DNA of 30,703 bases from a virus (IMGVR_UViG_3300035676_000028:1-30703); one strand, 5' to 3'. Counted from the stretch's first letter, positions 8,078-17,080 are shown. Translations and numbers: made by a program. Notes: a model not told the origin generated them from the letters alone.

Positions 8078-8763
8078 TCTGCTGTCCTTCCCGCCAGGAT
8101 GATGCGATGGTCGTTGTGTCGCCAGTCTACCACATTGGCGACCTTCTTGACCAGAATGGAGTTGTCAACCTGCTGAGCATATTCTGTGGTCTCACGCCCA
8201 AACACCCTGCTGTACCGATACCACGGCACTTCAGGGTCAACATTGTACACCACCAAATTCTCCACGCCTCTGTAGCGGTCTGCGACCGCATAGGGTGCGC
8301 CTGCTCGCGCCCATACCGCGCGAGTCTCGCAAGGTGGATGGACATAGTCAAACATCTTGGGCATGGGAGCCGTGACGATGACCATGTCGTGAATCTTCAG
8401 CAGCTTGCTCAGGTCGCAGTGATTCACATCCGCATCCCTGAATGATGCCACCACTGGTGGGAGCAACTCAGCGACCGCTTCAGCCCAGCTGAATGCCTGG
8501 ATGTATGGGTCTGCCGACACACTCTCACCGCCACCTGTCTTGGTGCGATACTGCTCGATGTAGTCATCCGGTTTGTCCATCACAAAGTTGCTCACCCAGA
8601 CCCACGGGATGTCAAGCCCGCAGCTGTCGTGTAGGTAGTGGACGCCAGTGCGCGGCACCCCTGGCACGCCATTGGAATACATCACAGATTCAATGTCGCA
8701 GTCGCGACACGCCTTGGCAGCAAGTAGACCGCTCATGCCGGCCCCAACAATTGCCACTCTCAT
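7996..8763 (-). CDS. FAD/NAD(P)-binding oxidoreductase (UGM/HemY-like fold)
   Basis: Rossmann VAIVGAGMSGLLAA, GVHYLH, VIVTAP, C-terminal LAGRTAEW. Confidence 0.8.
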   Translation of the reverse strand: MRVAIVGAGMSGLLAAKACRDCDIESVMYSNGVPGVPRTGVHYLHDSCGLDIPWVWVSNFVMDKPDDYIEQYRTKTGGGESVSADPYIQAFSWAEAVAELLPPVVASFRDADVNHCDLSKLLKIHDMVIVTAPMPKMFDYVHPPCETRAVWARAGAPYAVADRYRGVENLVVYNVDPEVPWYRYSRVFGRETTEYAQQVDNSILVKKVANVVDWRHNDHRIILAGRTAEWNKNRLAHEVYYNILSMFSETSTATS

Positions 8764-11570
8764 TCCTCACTCACTTCCAAGTCCTCAAGCAGTGCGATGA
8801 ATGCGGGCCGCTTGCGGATGTAGCCGCTGCCACGCCTCACCAGCCTGTTGTTGAATAGGAATTTGACCACCTCACGGGCATCCTCTTGGTCAAGGCCCGT
8901 GTAGTCAACCAGGTCTTGCTTGCTGAATGAATCGTACAGGTTGAGGAAGTCGCGCAAGCCAAGGTATCGGTTGAGGAATGCCACGATGGCATCCCTGTTG
9001 TCGATGACTGACTGGCGCTCCTTGATGCGCTCCAGGCTGTACTGGGCATACTTCAGGCCCGTGTTACCATACAGCTCATCCAAGAATGCGACTGCTGTGA
9101 TGACGTGCTCCTCAGTCACCTGTACAACCTCGCCACTCGCATCGGTGCTGAACAGGCGCGTGGCGATGGCGGCTGAGAGCCGCGCCAGCTTGATGCGCGC
9201 GTCTGCGCTCTCAATCAACGGTATCTCGCTGCTGTATCGCTGGCCCAGTGAGATTGCTTCCCGATAGATTGCCGCCACTGCCTTGGTGCTGAACTTCACC
9301 TGGTCAGGCGTGCGACTCCAGGCCCAGAGGATGAGGTGATGGCAGACCTTGCTGTTGTAGATGTGAGCCACAACCTCTGGCGAGCCGCTGTTGATGAGAG
9401 TCGCTGGCACATCGCTGCTCGATGCCGGCACAATCAGGTCAAACCGCGCGATGTCCTCTGCCTTGCCAATCAATGTGCGCAGGAAGGTCACCGGATAGGT
9501 ACGGTCATTCAGCGCCACGCCCTCGCGCGGATTGCTCACCCAGATGAGCCGTGTACGCGCTCGCGCCCGCTCAGTCTGTATCTTGGTCAGCTCTGCGATG
9601 CCGGATGACCGGATGCCGCTCATGTTTGCGATGGCATCTGTGGTCAAGCCGCTGACCTCATCGATGACCACCAGCCGTCTGTCGTTGAGCGGTATCTTGC
9701 CCCATGTGATGCTCCAGCGATTCTGTGTCTGCTGGAGACCACCAACCAGGCCCGCATATGATGAGGACTCGCCTGTGACAAACTCGCCCGCATTGTAGTG
9801 CTCGATGAGCTGCTGGCAGGTCTCAGTCTTGCCTGTGCGGGTGTCGCCAAGCAGCATGATTTCAAGCCAGCCCTTGCGCACTGCCTTGCCCCCAAAGTGG
9901 AAGCCAACCATGCTGTGGAACGCAAGGTCAACCGCAATATGGAGTGGCATGCGACCATAGATGCGGGTCACATTGGTGCTCAGGTCGTGTGCTATCTCAT
10001 TCAGCTTGTCGCGAGCCGTCTGGCCCTTGGCGGGCTGAAACACCGACAGCTCCTTGCGCAGCGCGGGTGTCATCTTGAACCGCTCCACATCATCTTGCGC
10101 ATGCTGCTTGTGATACAGCAGGTGCGTCGCATACTGATTCTGTGGGTCAGGTATCGTCAGCCCCTCAAACCGGAATGAGGTGCCGGCTGGCACCCCATGG
10201 TCGATGATGTACGCGCGTCTGGTCACATACGCTTGCTCAGCCGATGACCACGTCAGCTCTGGGATGAGCAGCAGCTCCTCAATGTTGAGGGTCTCTGCCA
10301 CTTCCACTTCCACATGGCACTGAGGGTTGATATCGGCCAGCTGCTTCAGGATGTTCCTCTGGGTGTAGGTCGCCACGCCTCTCAGCAGGAGCAGGTCTGG
10401 CGACCGCTCGCCCACACGATACTCCATCTGCCCACCTGCCATCCCAAGCCGGCAGACCTCGCATGTCTTCTTGTTCACACCGCACCGGAACATCACCTTG
10501 GATGGGATGATGAATGGCGCCAAGTCCTTGCCGGCCACCACAGCGTCAAACGCCACGCGCCGATTGTTGTAGCGCGCTTGCGATGCTTCGCTGAGCGGCA
10601 CATTGTAGATGGTGTCATCTTCAGGCACCAGCGGTTCCAGCTTGTAGACCGGACTGTGAGCAATCAGGTCGCTCAGGTCGCTGGCGCTGTAGCCGTTGTC
10701 CACGATGTAGTTGGTGATGTCAGCGCCCTTTGGCTCGCTGAGAGGCAGCTTCACAATGCGTATCTCGTTGGCCACATCTAGCAAGGCCCGCGCGACCGCA
10801 TGTGCGCCCTTCTCACCAGCCGCATCCACGTCATAGCAGATGGCGACATCACGGCCCTGGAACACATCGCTCCAAGCCGTTCGCCAGGTGCCGGCTCCAC
10901 CAGTCGATGTCACGCTGTTGAATCCCAGCTGATGTGCGAGCATCGTGTCCATCTCACCCTCGCAGATGACGATGGGCTCATCAATGGTCAGCTCATGAAT
11001 TGGGAACAGTCGTACAGCCCCAAAGCCCTGCGCCCAGCTGATGACCTTGCCGGTCGCTTTGTCTGTGGGGCTGTACTGACGGATGTTGACCAAATCGCCC
11101 GCTTCATCGCGCACAGGGATGGTGATGCGCTTTGTGCGTGGGTTCCAGCCAAGCTGGAAGTGGTGAATGGTATCATCACTCAGCCCGCGCTTGTCGCGCA
11201 AGAATGAGAGCAGCGCAGCGTTGTCCCATAGGGCCGCCACCAGCTTGGTGACGGTGGACTCATCCACCTTGACCTTCTTGCCTTCACCGACAAATTCAAT
11301 GTCAGGTTCAGGCCTGGGTGGAACCTTGACACCCATCTCATCCAGCTGGGCCTTGGCGTCAGCGAAGTCTACCTCACCAACCAGCTCCTGGAAGGTGTAG
11401 ACATCACCGCCACGGTCGCAGCCAAAACAACGCCAGAGCCCAGTCTGGATGTTGATGGACATCGACGCGCGCTCATCATCGTGAAACAAGCAATGCGCAG
11501 CGCACTCACCCTGAGCGTTGGGGTTCAGCTCCTCATCAAAGTGTTGCTGAAAGTAGTCTGTGAGGTTCAC
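8760..11570 (-). CDS. Primase-helicase: CHC2 zinc finger, TOPRIM and MCM-like AAA+ domains
   Basis: CLFHDD...CFGC; ICEGEMD and CYDVDAAG (TOPRIM); Walker A LLGDTRTGKT, SSYAGLVGG, Walker B VVIDEV, SNP, Arg finger ARFDL. Confidence 0.88.
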   Translation of the reverse strand: MNLTDYFQQHFDEELNPNAQGECAAHCLFHDDERASMSINIQTGLWRCFGCDRGGDVYTFQELVGEVDFADAKAQLDEMGVKVPPRPEPDIEFVGEGKKVKVDESTVTKLVAALWDNAALLSFLRDKRGLSDDTIHHFQLGWNPRTKRITIPVRDEAGDLVNIRQYSPTDKATGKVISWAQGFGAVRLFPIHELTIDEPIVICEGEMDTMLAHQLGFNSVTSTGGAGTWRTAWSDVFQGRDVAICYDVDAAGEKGAHAVARALLDVANEIRIVKLPLSEPKGADITNYIVDNGYSASDLSDLIAHSPVYKLEPLVPEDDTIYNVPLSEASQARYNNRRVAFDAVVAGKDLAPFIIPSKVMFRCGVNKKTCEVCRLGMAGGQMEYRVGERSPDLLLLRGVATYTQRNILKQLADINPQCHVEVEVAETLNIEELLLIPELTWSSAEQAYVTRRAYIIDHGVPAGTSFRFEGLTIPDPQNQYATHLLYHKQHAQDDVERFKMTPALRKELSVFQPAKGQTARDKLNEIAHDLSTNVTRIYGRMPLHIAVDLAFHSMVGFHFGGKAVRKGWLEIMLLGDTRTGKTETCQQLIEHYNAGEFVTGESSSYAGLVGGLQQTQNRWSITWGKIPLNDRRLVVIDEVSGLTTDAIANMSGIRSSGIAELTKIQTERARARTRLIWVSNPREGVALNDRTYPVTFLRTLIGKAEDIARFDLIVPASSSDVPATLINSGSPEVVAHIYNSKVCHHLILWAWSRTPDQVKFSTKAVAAIYREAISLGQRYSSEIPLIESADARIKLARLSAAIATRLFSTDASGEVVQVTEEHVITAVAFLDELYGNTGLKYAQYSLERIKERQSVIDNRDAIVAFLNRYLGLRDFLNLYDSFSKQDLVDYTGLDQEDAREVVKFLFNNRLVRRGSGYIRKRPAFIALLEDLEVSEE

Positions 11571-11587
11571 TGAAGCCCCACCCCTGA

Positions 11588-12097
11588 CTACTCGTCAAAG
11601 GTGAAGTCGTCAGCTGCCGGAGCAGGCTCAGGCGCAGGCTCAGGCTTGCTCGCCTTGGGCTTGGTCTTGGGCACTCCAGCCTGTTCCGCAACGCGCTCGC
11701 TGGGCAGGTACTGCTTGATTTCATTCTTGAAGATGCGCAGCGAGCCATCAGGGTCTTTGTAGGTGTCCGGCACCTTGGCCACTTGGGCCCGCAGCGCCTT
11801 GCCGACGATGTCTTGCTTGGTGAACTTGACATGGCCGGCAGGCACATCGAACCGGATGGCCTTGAGGAATTGGACAATGCGCCACTTGCTGTTCTCTGTG
11901 AAGACCAGGTTGTCCCAGAGGTTGCGGCCCGTGTATGGGCCATCCTGAACCTTGAGCGTCAACTTGGCCATGTTGCTGCCCGTGGATGCGACTGTCTCTT
12001 CAGCATCGAACACGGTCAGCTCATACACACCTGTGTCCAGCGGTTCAAAGTCGCCACCGGACAGGTCACTCTCATTGAAGTCTGCTTCCCAGGCCAT
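11588..12097 (-). CDS. DUF669-like single-stranded DNA-binding protein
   Basis: FEPLDTGVYEL...YTGRNLWDNL; Pro/Ala linker; acidic tail ADDFTFDE; follows a Sak4-like gene. Confidence 0.8.
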   Translation of the reverse strand: MAWEADFNESDLSGGDFEPLDTGVYELTVFDAEETVASTGSNMAKLTLKVQDGPYTGRNLWDNLVFTENSKWRIVQFLKAIRFDVPAGHVKFTKQDIVGKALRAQVAKVPDTYKDPDGSLRIFKNEIKQYLPSERVAEQAGVPKTKPKASKPEPAPEPAPAADDFTFDE

Positions 12098-12107
12098 GCT
12101 TCACCCC

Positions 12108-12779
12108 TCATTTCTCGTTGAGCGCCATCTTGTGGATGGCGTTGAAGGTTGGGTTGTCGATGACGATAGGCAGGTGGCCGCTCCTGTCCTTGGCGAAGTA
12201 GTGCCCCATGGGTTGGAGCAGCATCTTGCGCACAGGAGCGCCATCAACCTCTTCCACGAACATGTAGCCAACGATGTCCACATAGGCGCAGACATCGGCA
12301 GCCAGCTTCTCACTCAGCTTGGGCATAGTTGTGACCACGCCCGATGAGTCATCCTTGATGCCCATCGCCAGGGCTGTGATGATGAGGTTGTAGTCCATGT
12401 CGCGCGCCGTTCGCACGAGCCGTCTCATCCTCTCAGTGTTGTAGCCCCAATCCTGAAGCATCAGACCGTCGCCATAGGGCCGCTTGGGGTCAGGGTAGGT
12501 GCTGATGAGCATGTCGTTCAGTTTCTTCTGTACCTCAGTGATGGAGTCGATGATGATTGTCTTGACCTGCTGGTGTGGCTTCTCACGCAGGGTGCGCAAG
12601 CCATCTTCCAGGTCTTGGAACCTGAGCACATCCTTGACAATGACCTTCTTGGCCTTGATACGGTCTTGGATGCTCAGCGTGCCACCCTCGCAGTCAAACA
12701 GGACAGCGTTGTCAGCGCTCGCTGCGAACACCGTCTTGCCCACTCCAGGGTCACCGTACACTAGCATGTTGATGTTCAT
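12108..12779 (-). CDS. AAA_24 / Sak4-like ATPase (ssDNA annealing)
   Basis: YGDPGVGKT, DCEGG, IIIDSIT, YVDIVGY, AKDRSG. Confidence 0.85.
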   Translation of the reverse strand: MNINMLVYGDPGVGKTVFAASADNAVLFDCEGGTLSIQDRIKAKKVIVKDVLRFQDLEDGLRTLREKPHQQVKTIIIDSITEVQKKLNDMLISTYPDPKRPYGDGLMLQDWGYNTERMRRLVRTARDMDYNLIITALAMGIKDDSSGVVTTMPKLSEKLAADVCAYVDIVGYMFVEEVDGAPVRKMLLQPMGHYFAKDRSGHLPIVIDNPTFNAIHKMALNEK

Positions 12780-12782
12780 TTG

Positions 12783-13664
12783 TCACCCCCTGCCCTTGTG
12801 GTCTTCATCTACCTCATAGGTGGTGCCGATGAGGCTGGAGCCGTCGCCACCGCCCAGCTCTGCGATACAGAGTGAGCGGTATGAGCAGTCCCACACACAG
12901 TCGCGCGTTGGGTTGCGATAGTAGAACGCGCGAGACTTCATGGCGCGGATGGCTTCAACCTCAGCCATCAGCTCGCGCCCGCGCTCCTCAATCTCACGGT
13001 CACTCCGGTAGATGTACTCACGATAGTTGTATGGCGGCTTGCTGCGAGCGCTGTATGGGTCAACCTTGCGCAGAATGTCGTACATGACACCCACGACTGG
13101 GATACCATCCTGCCGCAGCGCCCAAAGGTAGTCTGTCACCTGGTCGTCAAGGATGAGGTGGTCAACCCTCAGGTCAGCAGCCGTCTTGAACTCGCGCGCA
13201 TAGACCGCGCCCGTGTCCTTGCGCTCAATCAGCGCGTCGATGAAGCCGATGAAGCGGGTGTGCGTTGGCTTGCCGGTCTCTGGGTTCAGGAGCCGCAGGT
13301 CAACCCGCAGCTCAGTCGCCAGCACCTTGAAGTCATCGTGCGGCATCACATCCTCAACAAAGAATTTGAGCATCTGACGCCCCATGGCTGATTCCTTCTG
13401 GAAGCGGTCGCTGTCAGCCGCAGTGACCGCTTCACGCTCGATGGCATTGTCGTACACAGCAAATGCCCGCTCGATGCGGGCATCCATACTGGGCTCAGTG
13501 GGGTCATACAGTTCAGCGAGTGCTTCATGCATGACCCCACCGAGTGCTAGTGCATTGGGCGTGGCCGTTGGCCGCAGCCCTTGGATGTAAGCATACTCAA
13601 ATCGCTTTGGGCACCGCTTGAATGTGCCTCTCATTGAGTTGCTCACGCGCATGGCCGTTCGCAC
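12783..13664 (-). CDS. PD-(D/E)XK exonuclease (Cas4/AddB-like, probable Fe-S cluster)
   Basis: FKRCPKRF, GGVMHEAL, GFIDALI...REFKT, C-terminal DCVWDCSYRSLC. Start GTG 13664 after SD GAGGGTGA. Confidence 0.85.
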   Translation of the reverse strand: MRTAMRVSNSMRGTFKRCPKRFEYAYIQGLRPTATPNALALGGVMHEALAELYDPTEPSMDARIERAFAVYDNAIEREAVTAADSDRFQKESAMGRQMLKFFVEDVMPHDDFKVLATELRVDLRLLNPETGKPTHTRFIGFIDALIERKDTGAVYAREFKTAADLRVDHLILDDQVTDYLWALRQDGIPVVGVMYDILRKVDPYSARSKPPYNYREYIYRSDREIEERGRELMAEVEAIRAMKSRAFYYRNPTRDCVWDCSYRSLCIAELGGGDGSSLIGTTYEVDEDHKGRG

Positions 13665-13677
13665 AGGTGTCACCCTC

Positions 13678-13893
13678 TCAAGCTGTCTTGGCGTTCCAAC
13701 TTCCCTGATTCTCAGGGTCACCATACCGCACGCCTGGCAGCTCCTCAGTCTTGGCCAACTCATCACGCAGCTTGGCAGACTCAACCTGGAGCCGTTCATA
13801 ATCCTCGCGCGACAGGCGCTGTAGGCCAAACAGCTTTGCGAGCCGATGGTCAACCTGGTCCAATTCACGAATGGCCGCTGGTATCCCCTTCAA
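13678..13893 (-). CDS. Small coiled-coil hypothetical protein
   Basis: TTG start 7 nt after the strong SD AAGGGGGTGA; heptad-like sequence. Confidence 0.65.
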   Translation of the reverse strand: MKGIPAAIRELDQVDHRLAKLFGLQRLSREDYERLQVESAKLRDELAKTEELPGVRYGDPENQGSWNAKTA

Positions 13894-13913
13894 AGTGATG
13901 TCACCCCCTTTCA

Positions 13914-13954
13914 GCGGTGAGTCTGATTCTAGCGCGCGGCTGAGTCTTGGGGAA
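13914..13954 (-). promoter_or_regulatory. Putative promoter (-10 TAGAAT) with flanking direct repeats
   Basis: TAGAAT at 13931-13926 (minus); AGACTCA(G)CCGC copies at 13914-13924 and 13936-13947; no canonical -35. Confidence 0.45.
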
Positions 13955-13969
13955 GGTCTACCACTTGGG

Positions 13970-15322
13970 TTATTTCAAGATTTCACTCAGTCGGTGCCGG
14001 TCGATGACCGTCCTGGCGATGTCTGCCTTGCTCGCGAGCAGCTTCTCAATCTGCTGCTCGATGGTGTCCTCAGCTGTCAGGCTGACGATGGTCGCACCGT
14101 GTAGGTCATTCATCCGCGCATACACCCTGTCCTCTGCTTGGACCATGTATGCTGGAGTCCAGACCTTGTCAGTGAAGATGACCGTGTCAGCAGCCGTGAG
14201 GGTGATTCCTACCCCAGCAGCCCCAATGGTGCCGATGAAGACACGGGTGTCAGGGTTGGTCTGGAAGTCCTCAACCACGCTCGCGCGGGCCGACTCCTTG
14301 GTGTTGCCGGTGAACACAACCGGATTGTAGCACTTCAGCTCCTCAGCGAGCCGCGCACACATGCGTGACCACTGGCTGAATATGACCACCTTCTTGCCTG
14401 GCTGGGCCAGGATGTCGGCCAGCAGCTCCTTGAGCACTTCCACCTTGGCGCTGGGTATGAGTACCTCAGTGCCACCCTCAGTGAGAATGCTAGGGTCTGT
14501 GGCTATCTGCTTCAGTCGTGTCAGCTGTGCCAAGACGGTTGGTGCTACAAGGATGTCTGTGTCACCCAGCTCAGCAATGAACTGCTCGCGCATCTGGTCA
14601 TAGACCCTGCGCTGCTCGCCCAGCAGCTGGACTGGCACATTCAGGTAGACCTTCTCAGGCAACTGCTCCATGACATCCTTCTTGGTGCGCCTCAGCATGA
14701 TGTCTGCGACCTCGCGCGCCAGGTGGTCAAGGTTGCGGGTGCCCACGAGCTGCTTGCCCCACGGGCTGTCCCACACTTCCATGTAGGTGTCAACGAACCG
14801 CCAGTATGAAGTGTATGTCTTTGGGAACAGGTAGTTGAGCAGCGACCACAGCTCATCAGGCGTGTTGAGGATGGGTGTTCCGGTCAGGAGCCACACGCGG
14901 TCGCCAGCGACCTGCTTGACAGACTTGGTGACAGCTGCCTTGCGATTCTTGATGCGGTGCGCCTCATCGATGATGACGGCATCCCACCGCTCGCAAGCCA
15001 GCGGTTTGTTGCGCTCCAGCCGCATGGCCTCATAGTTCATGATGTACCACTTGTGGTCATCATACATGTCCAGCGCGTTGCCGGTGTAGACCGCGATGCT
15101 GTCAAATGGGTCACCAGACCACTTGGCAATCTCATCGCGCCACACGTACTTGACGCTGTTCGGGCAGATGATGAGTACCTTGTCGCTGTGAGTCTCAGCG
15201 ACCGCTTTGATGGCCTCTGCGGTCTTGCCAAGCCCCATCTCATCTGCGAGGATGGAGCGCGGGTTGTCCATGAGAAACTGAACACCCTGCCACTGGTACT
15301 TGTGGAGACTCATTTCAGCCAT
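13970..15322 (-). CDS. SNF2-family (DEAH) helicase
   Basis: LADEMGLGKT, IIDEAHRIKN, LTGTPILN, MLRRTK, KVVIFSQW, GVGITLTAAD, QAEDR. Confidence 0.93.
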   Translation of the reverse strand: MAEMSLHKYQWQGVQFLMDNPRSILADEMGLGKTAEAIKAVAETHSDKVLIICPNSVKYVWRDEIAKWSGDPFDSIAVYTGNALDMYDDHKWYIMNYEAMRLERNKPLACERWDAVIIDEAHRIKNRKAAVTKSVKQVAGDRVWLLTGTPILNTPDELWSLLNYLFPKTYTSYWRFVDTYMEVWDSPWGKQLVGTRNLDHLAREVADIMLRRTKKDVMEQLPEKVYLNVPVQLLGEQRRVYDQMREQFIAELGDTDILVAPTVLAQLTRLKQIATDPSILTEGGTEVLIPSAKVEVLKELLADILAQPGKKVVIFSQWSRMCARLAEELKCYNPVVFTGNTKESARASVVEDFQTNPDTRVFIGTIGAAGVGITLTAADTVIFTDKVWTPAYMVQAEDRVYARMNDLHGATIVSLTAEDTIEQQIEKLLASKADIARTVIDRHRLSEILK

Positions 15323-15729
15323 TCGTCACACCCCCAGTCTACAATCGTGGGAAGGTCAATCTCAGGGTGCTTGCGTGCGAACATCAGCGCCCAGACCATC
15401 ACTTCCACTTCCACACCATAGGCCCGCGCGTCATCTAGTGCGTGCTCCACGGTGACCATCAATTCCTCGATGTCATTCCTGGGCAGGTTGTTGAACTGCT
15501 CGTCAGCCCGCCAGCCAGGGTGTGCCCTGGCCTTGTGGTTGACCAGACCGCGCTTGCTGACCGTCTTGCCGCAGATGTCGCAGTCAGCGTGCTCATTGTG
15601 CTTCAGCGTCCACTTGCCGCCAGGATAGCCTGTGCTGCCACAGACCGGACATTTGACCTTCTTGCCATCGCCACGGCTGGTGTGTTCCCAGTCGTGGGAC
15701 TCCAACATGATTCTCGTGTCATCAGCCAT
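15310..15729 (-). CDS. C2H2-type zinc-finger protein
   Basis: CPVC...H..H and CDIC...HKARAH motifs. Confidence 0.65.
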   Translation of the reverse strand: MADDTRIMLESHDWEHTSRGDGKKVKCPVCGSTGYPGGKWTLKHNEHADCDICGKTVSKRGLVNHKARAHPGWRADEQFNNLPRNDIEELMVTVEHALDDARAYGVEVEVMVWALMFARKHPEIDLPTIVDWGCDEWLK

Positions 15730-15898
15730 TGTGAGCACTTCCTTCCTCGCGCGCTCGCGCGACAGCCGCGCTGATGATGGAGTCCACAGCCATGCTCAGC
15801 TCAGCATAGGTGTCGCTGTCTACCTTCAGACCGCAGGACTCCATCACCATCGTGATATAGTGGATGAGGATGTCTTTGGCATCTTGCTCGTCAGACAT
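15722..15898 (-). CDS. Hypothetical protein (58 aa)
   Basis: MSDEQDAKDILIHY... after SD GAGGGTGAGG; the longer ORF call overlaps the upstream gene. Confidence 0.6.
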   Translation of the reverse strand: MSDEQDAKDILIHYITMVMESCGLKVDSDTYAELSMAVDSIISAAVARAREEGSAHNG

Positions 15899-16349
15899 CT
15901 TCCTCACCCTCAGCAGACCGCACGCGCTCCATGGTCTCATGAGCGTCTTGGATGGTGTCCAAGTCGATGAGGTCATACACACGCCACTTCTTGGCCAGCT
16001 CCAGGTGCTCCTGGATGCCAAAGCCGCTGTCGTGTTCCATGTCGTCGCGCAGCTCAGACTCGATGATGCTCTTGTAGATGACGGGCGCATACCAGTCGCC
16101 ACGCCACGAGTTGCCGCCAGCAAAGTCGATGTTGCCGGCCAGGGTCTCATTCAGGTCTAACACAGCGACCTGAACAAGACCGTTGTTGTCCACCCTGTCG
16201 CGGAATGCGATGCCTACCATGTTCTGGCCGTACTCCTCATCACTGAAGAGCACAACCCAGAACGGCGCACCGCTGATACCGTTGCGGTGCCGCGCCACAT
16301 CCTTGACGTGGACTGTCTTCAACTCACTCAGCCGTCCCATCAATTCCAC
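15891..16349 (-). CDS. Hypothetical phage protein
   Basis: HRNGISGAPFWVV...NSWRGDWY; tight packing with neighbours. Confidence 0.7.
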   Translation of the reverse strand: MELMGRLSELKTVHVKDVARHRNGISGAPFWVVLFSDEEYGQNMVGIAFRDRVDNNGLVQVAVLDLNETLAGNIDFAGGNSWRGDWYAPVIYKSIIESELRDDMEHDSGFGIQEHLELAKKWRVYDLIDLDTIQDAHETMERVRSAEGEEDV

Positions 16350-16702
16350 CTTCCCTCATCCGGTTCATCGATGGGCCCAGAGACAGAGACCTCGATGACT
16401 TCCACCTTGCCGTCCAGGTACTGAAGCAGCATGTCGCGGCAGTGCCTGATGCCATCCAGGTGGCGAGCATCCCAGACCGTAATGGCATCGCCCTCGACAA
16501 CTGCCAGCCCCTTGGGAGTCAGCATCATGCTGAAGAGCACGTGTAGTGCGCTGTCGCCGGCATCGATGTCAACCGTGTTGAAGAAGTCCGCAATGCGCGT
16601 AACCTTCTGGATGACATCCTGCGGCACTTCAGGGTACTCGATGCTGAACTGGCTCAGGAGCCGTTCACGCTCCTGCGCAATCTCATCGTTGTTCATTGCC
16701 AT
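16340..16702 (-). CDS. Hypothetical protein
   Basis: MAMNNDEIAQ... after SD GAGGTGA. Confidence 0.65.
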   Translation of the reverse strand: MAMNNDEIAQERERLLSQFSIEYPEVPQDVIQKVTRIADFFNTVDIDAGDSALHVLFSMMLTPKGLAVVEGDAITVWDARHLDGIRHCRDMLLQYLDGKVEVIEVSVSGPIDEPDEGRWN

Positions 16703-16712
16703 GTTGCTCACC

Positions 16713-17009
16713 TCACTCATACTCAAACTCGATGGGCTTGCCATACGCATCGACTGCTTCCTCAAGCGTGTCGATGTACTGCTCAGGGACATCGGTGAAG
16801 TAGATGAACTGACCAACCTCGCGACACATCACCTTGAGCAGGTGCTCATAGGTGTCGCTCATCATTTCAGCGATGACCTTGTCGGCATCGCCACCCAGCT
16901 GGGTGACGAACCTCTTGGTGATGCCCATTAGCATGTAGGCATTGCCATCAGGGCCGCCAAGGTTCAGGATGAAACTCTTGTCTGTCTTGGTGCTTGGAGT
17001 GCGCTCCAT
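16713..17009 (-). CDS. Hypothetical phage protein
   Basis: LNLGGPDGNAYMLMG...MMSDTYEHLL resembles a recurrent small phage protein pattern; ATG 17009 after GAAGGTG. Confidence 0.7.
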   Translation of the reverse strand: MERTPSTKTDKSFILNLGGPDGNAYMLMGITKRFVTQLGGDADKVIAEMMSDTYEHLLKVMCREVGQFIYFTDVPEQYIDTLEEAVDAYGKPIEFEYE

Positions 17010-17014
17010 TGTTC

Positions 17015-17080
17015 TCACACCTTCCACCAACCGTAGTTGCCAAACAGGGTCTCAAGCAGCCAGGTGAGGATGCGGGTCAT
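17015..17080 (-). CDS. Putative 21-aa peptide MTRILTWLLETLFGNYGWWKV
   Basis: Fills the intergenic gap with 5 nt spacing on each side; GGGGATGTGA upstream. Confidence 0.45.
   Translation of the reverse strand: MTRILTWLLETLFGNYGWWKV

Noticed and set aside
933-8763. Known 7-deazaguanine, 2-aminoadenine (Z) or hmU hypermodification cassettes
   Set aside because: No FolE/QueC/D/E/DpdA, PurZ, ThyA-type hydroxymethylase or aGPT-Pplase recognised in the window; they could lie outside it.
1831-11570. Inteins or introns in dnaE or the primase-helicase
   Set aside because: Motifs are collinear at expected lengths, with no intein-like insertion or homing endonuclease motif seen.
12783-13664. Cas4 as part of a CRISPR system
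   Set aside because: The context (Sak4-like ATPase and SSB) is the standard phage recombination module.
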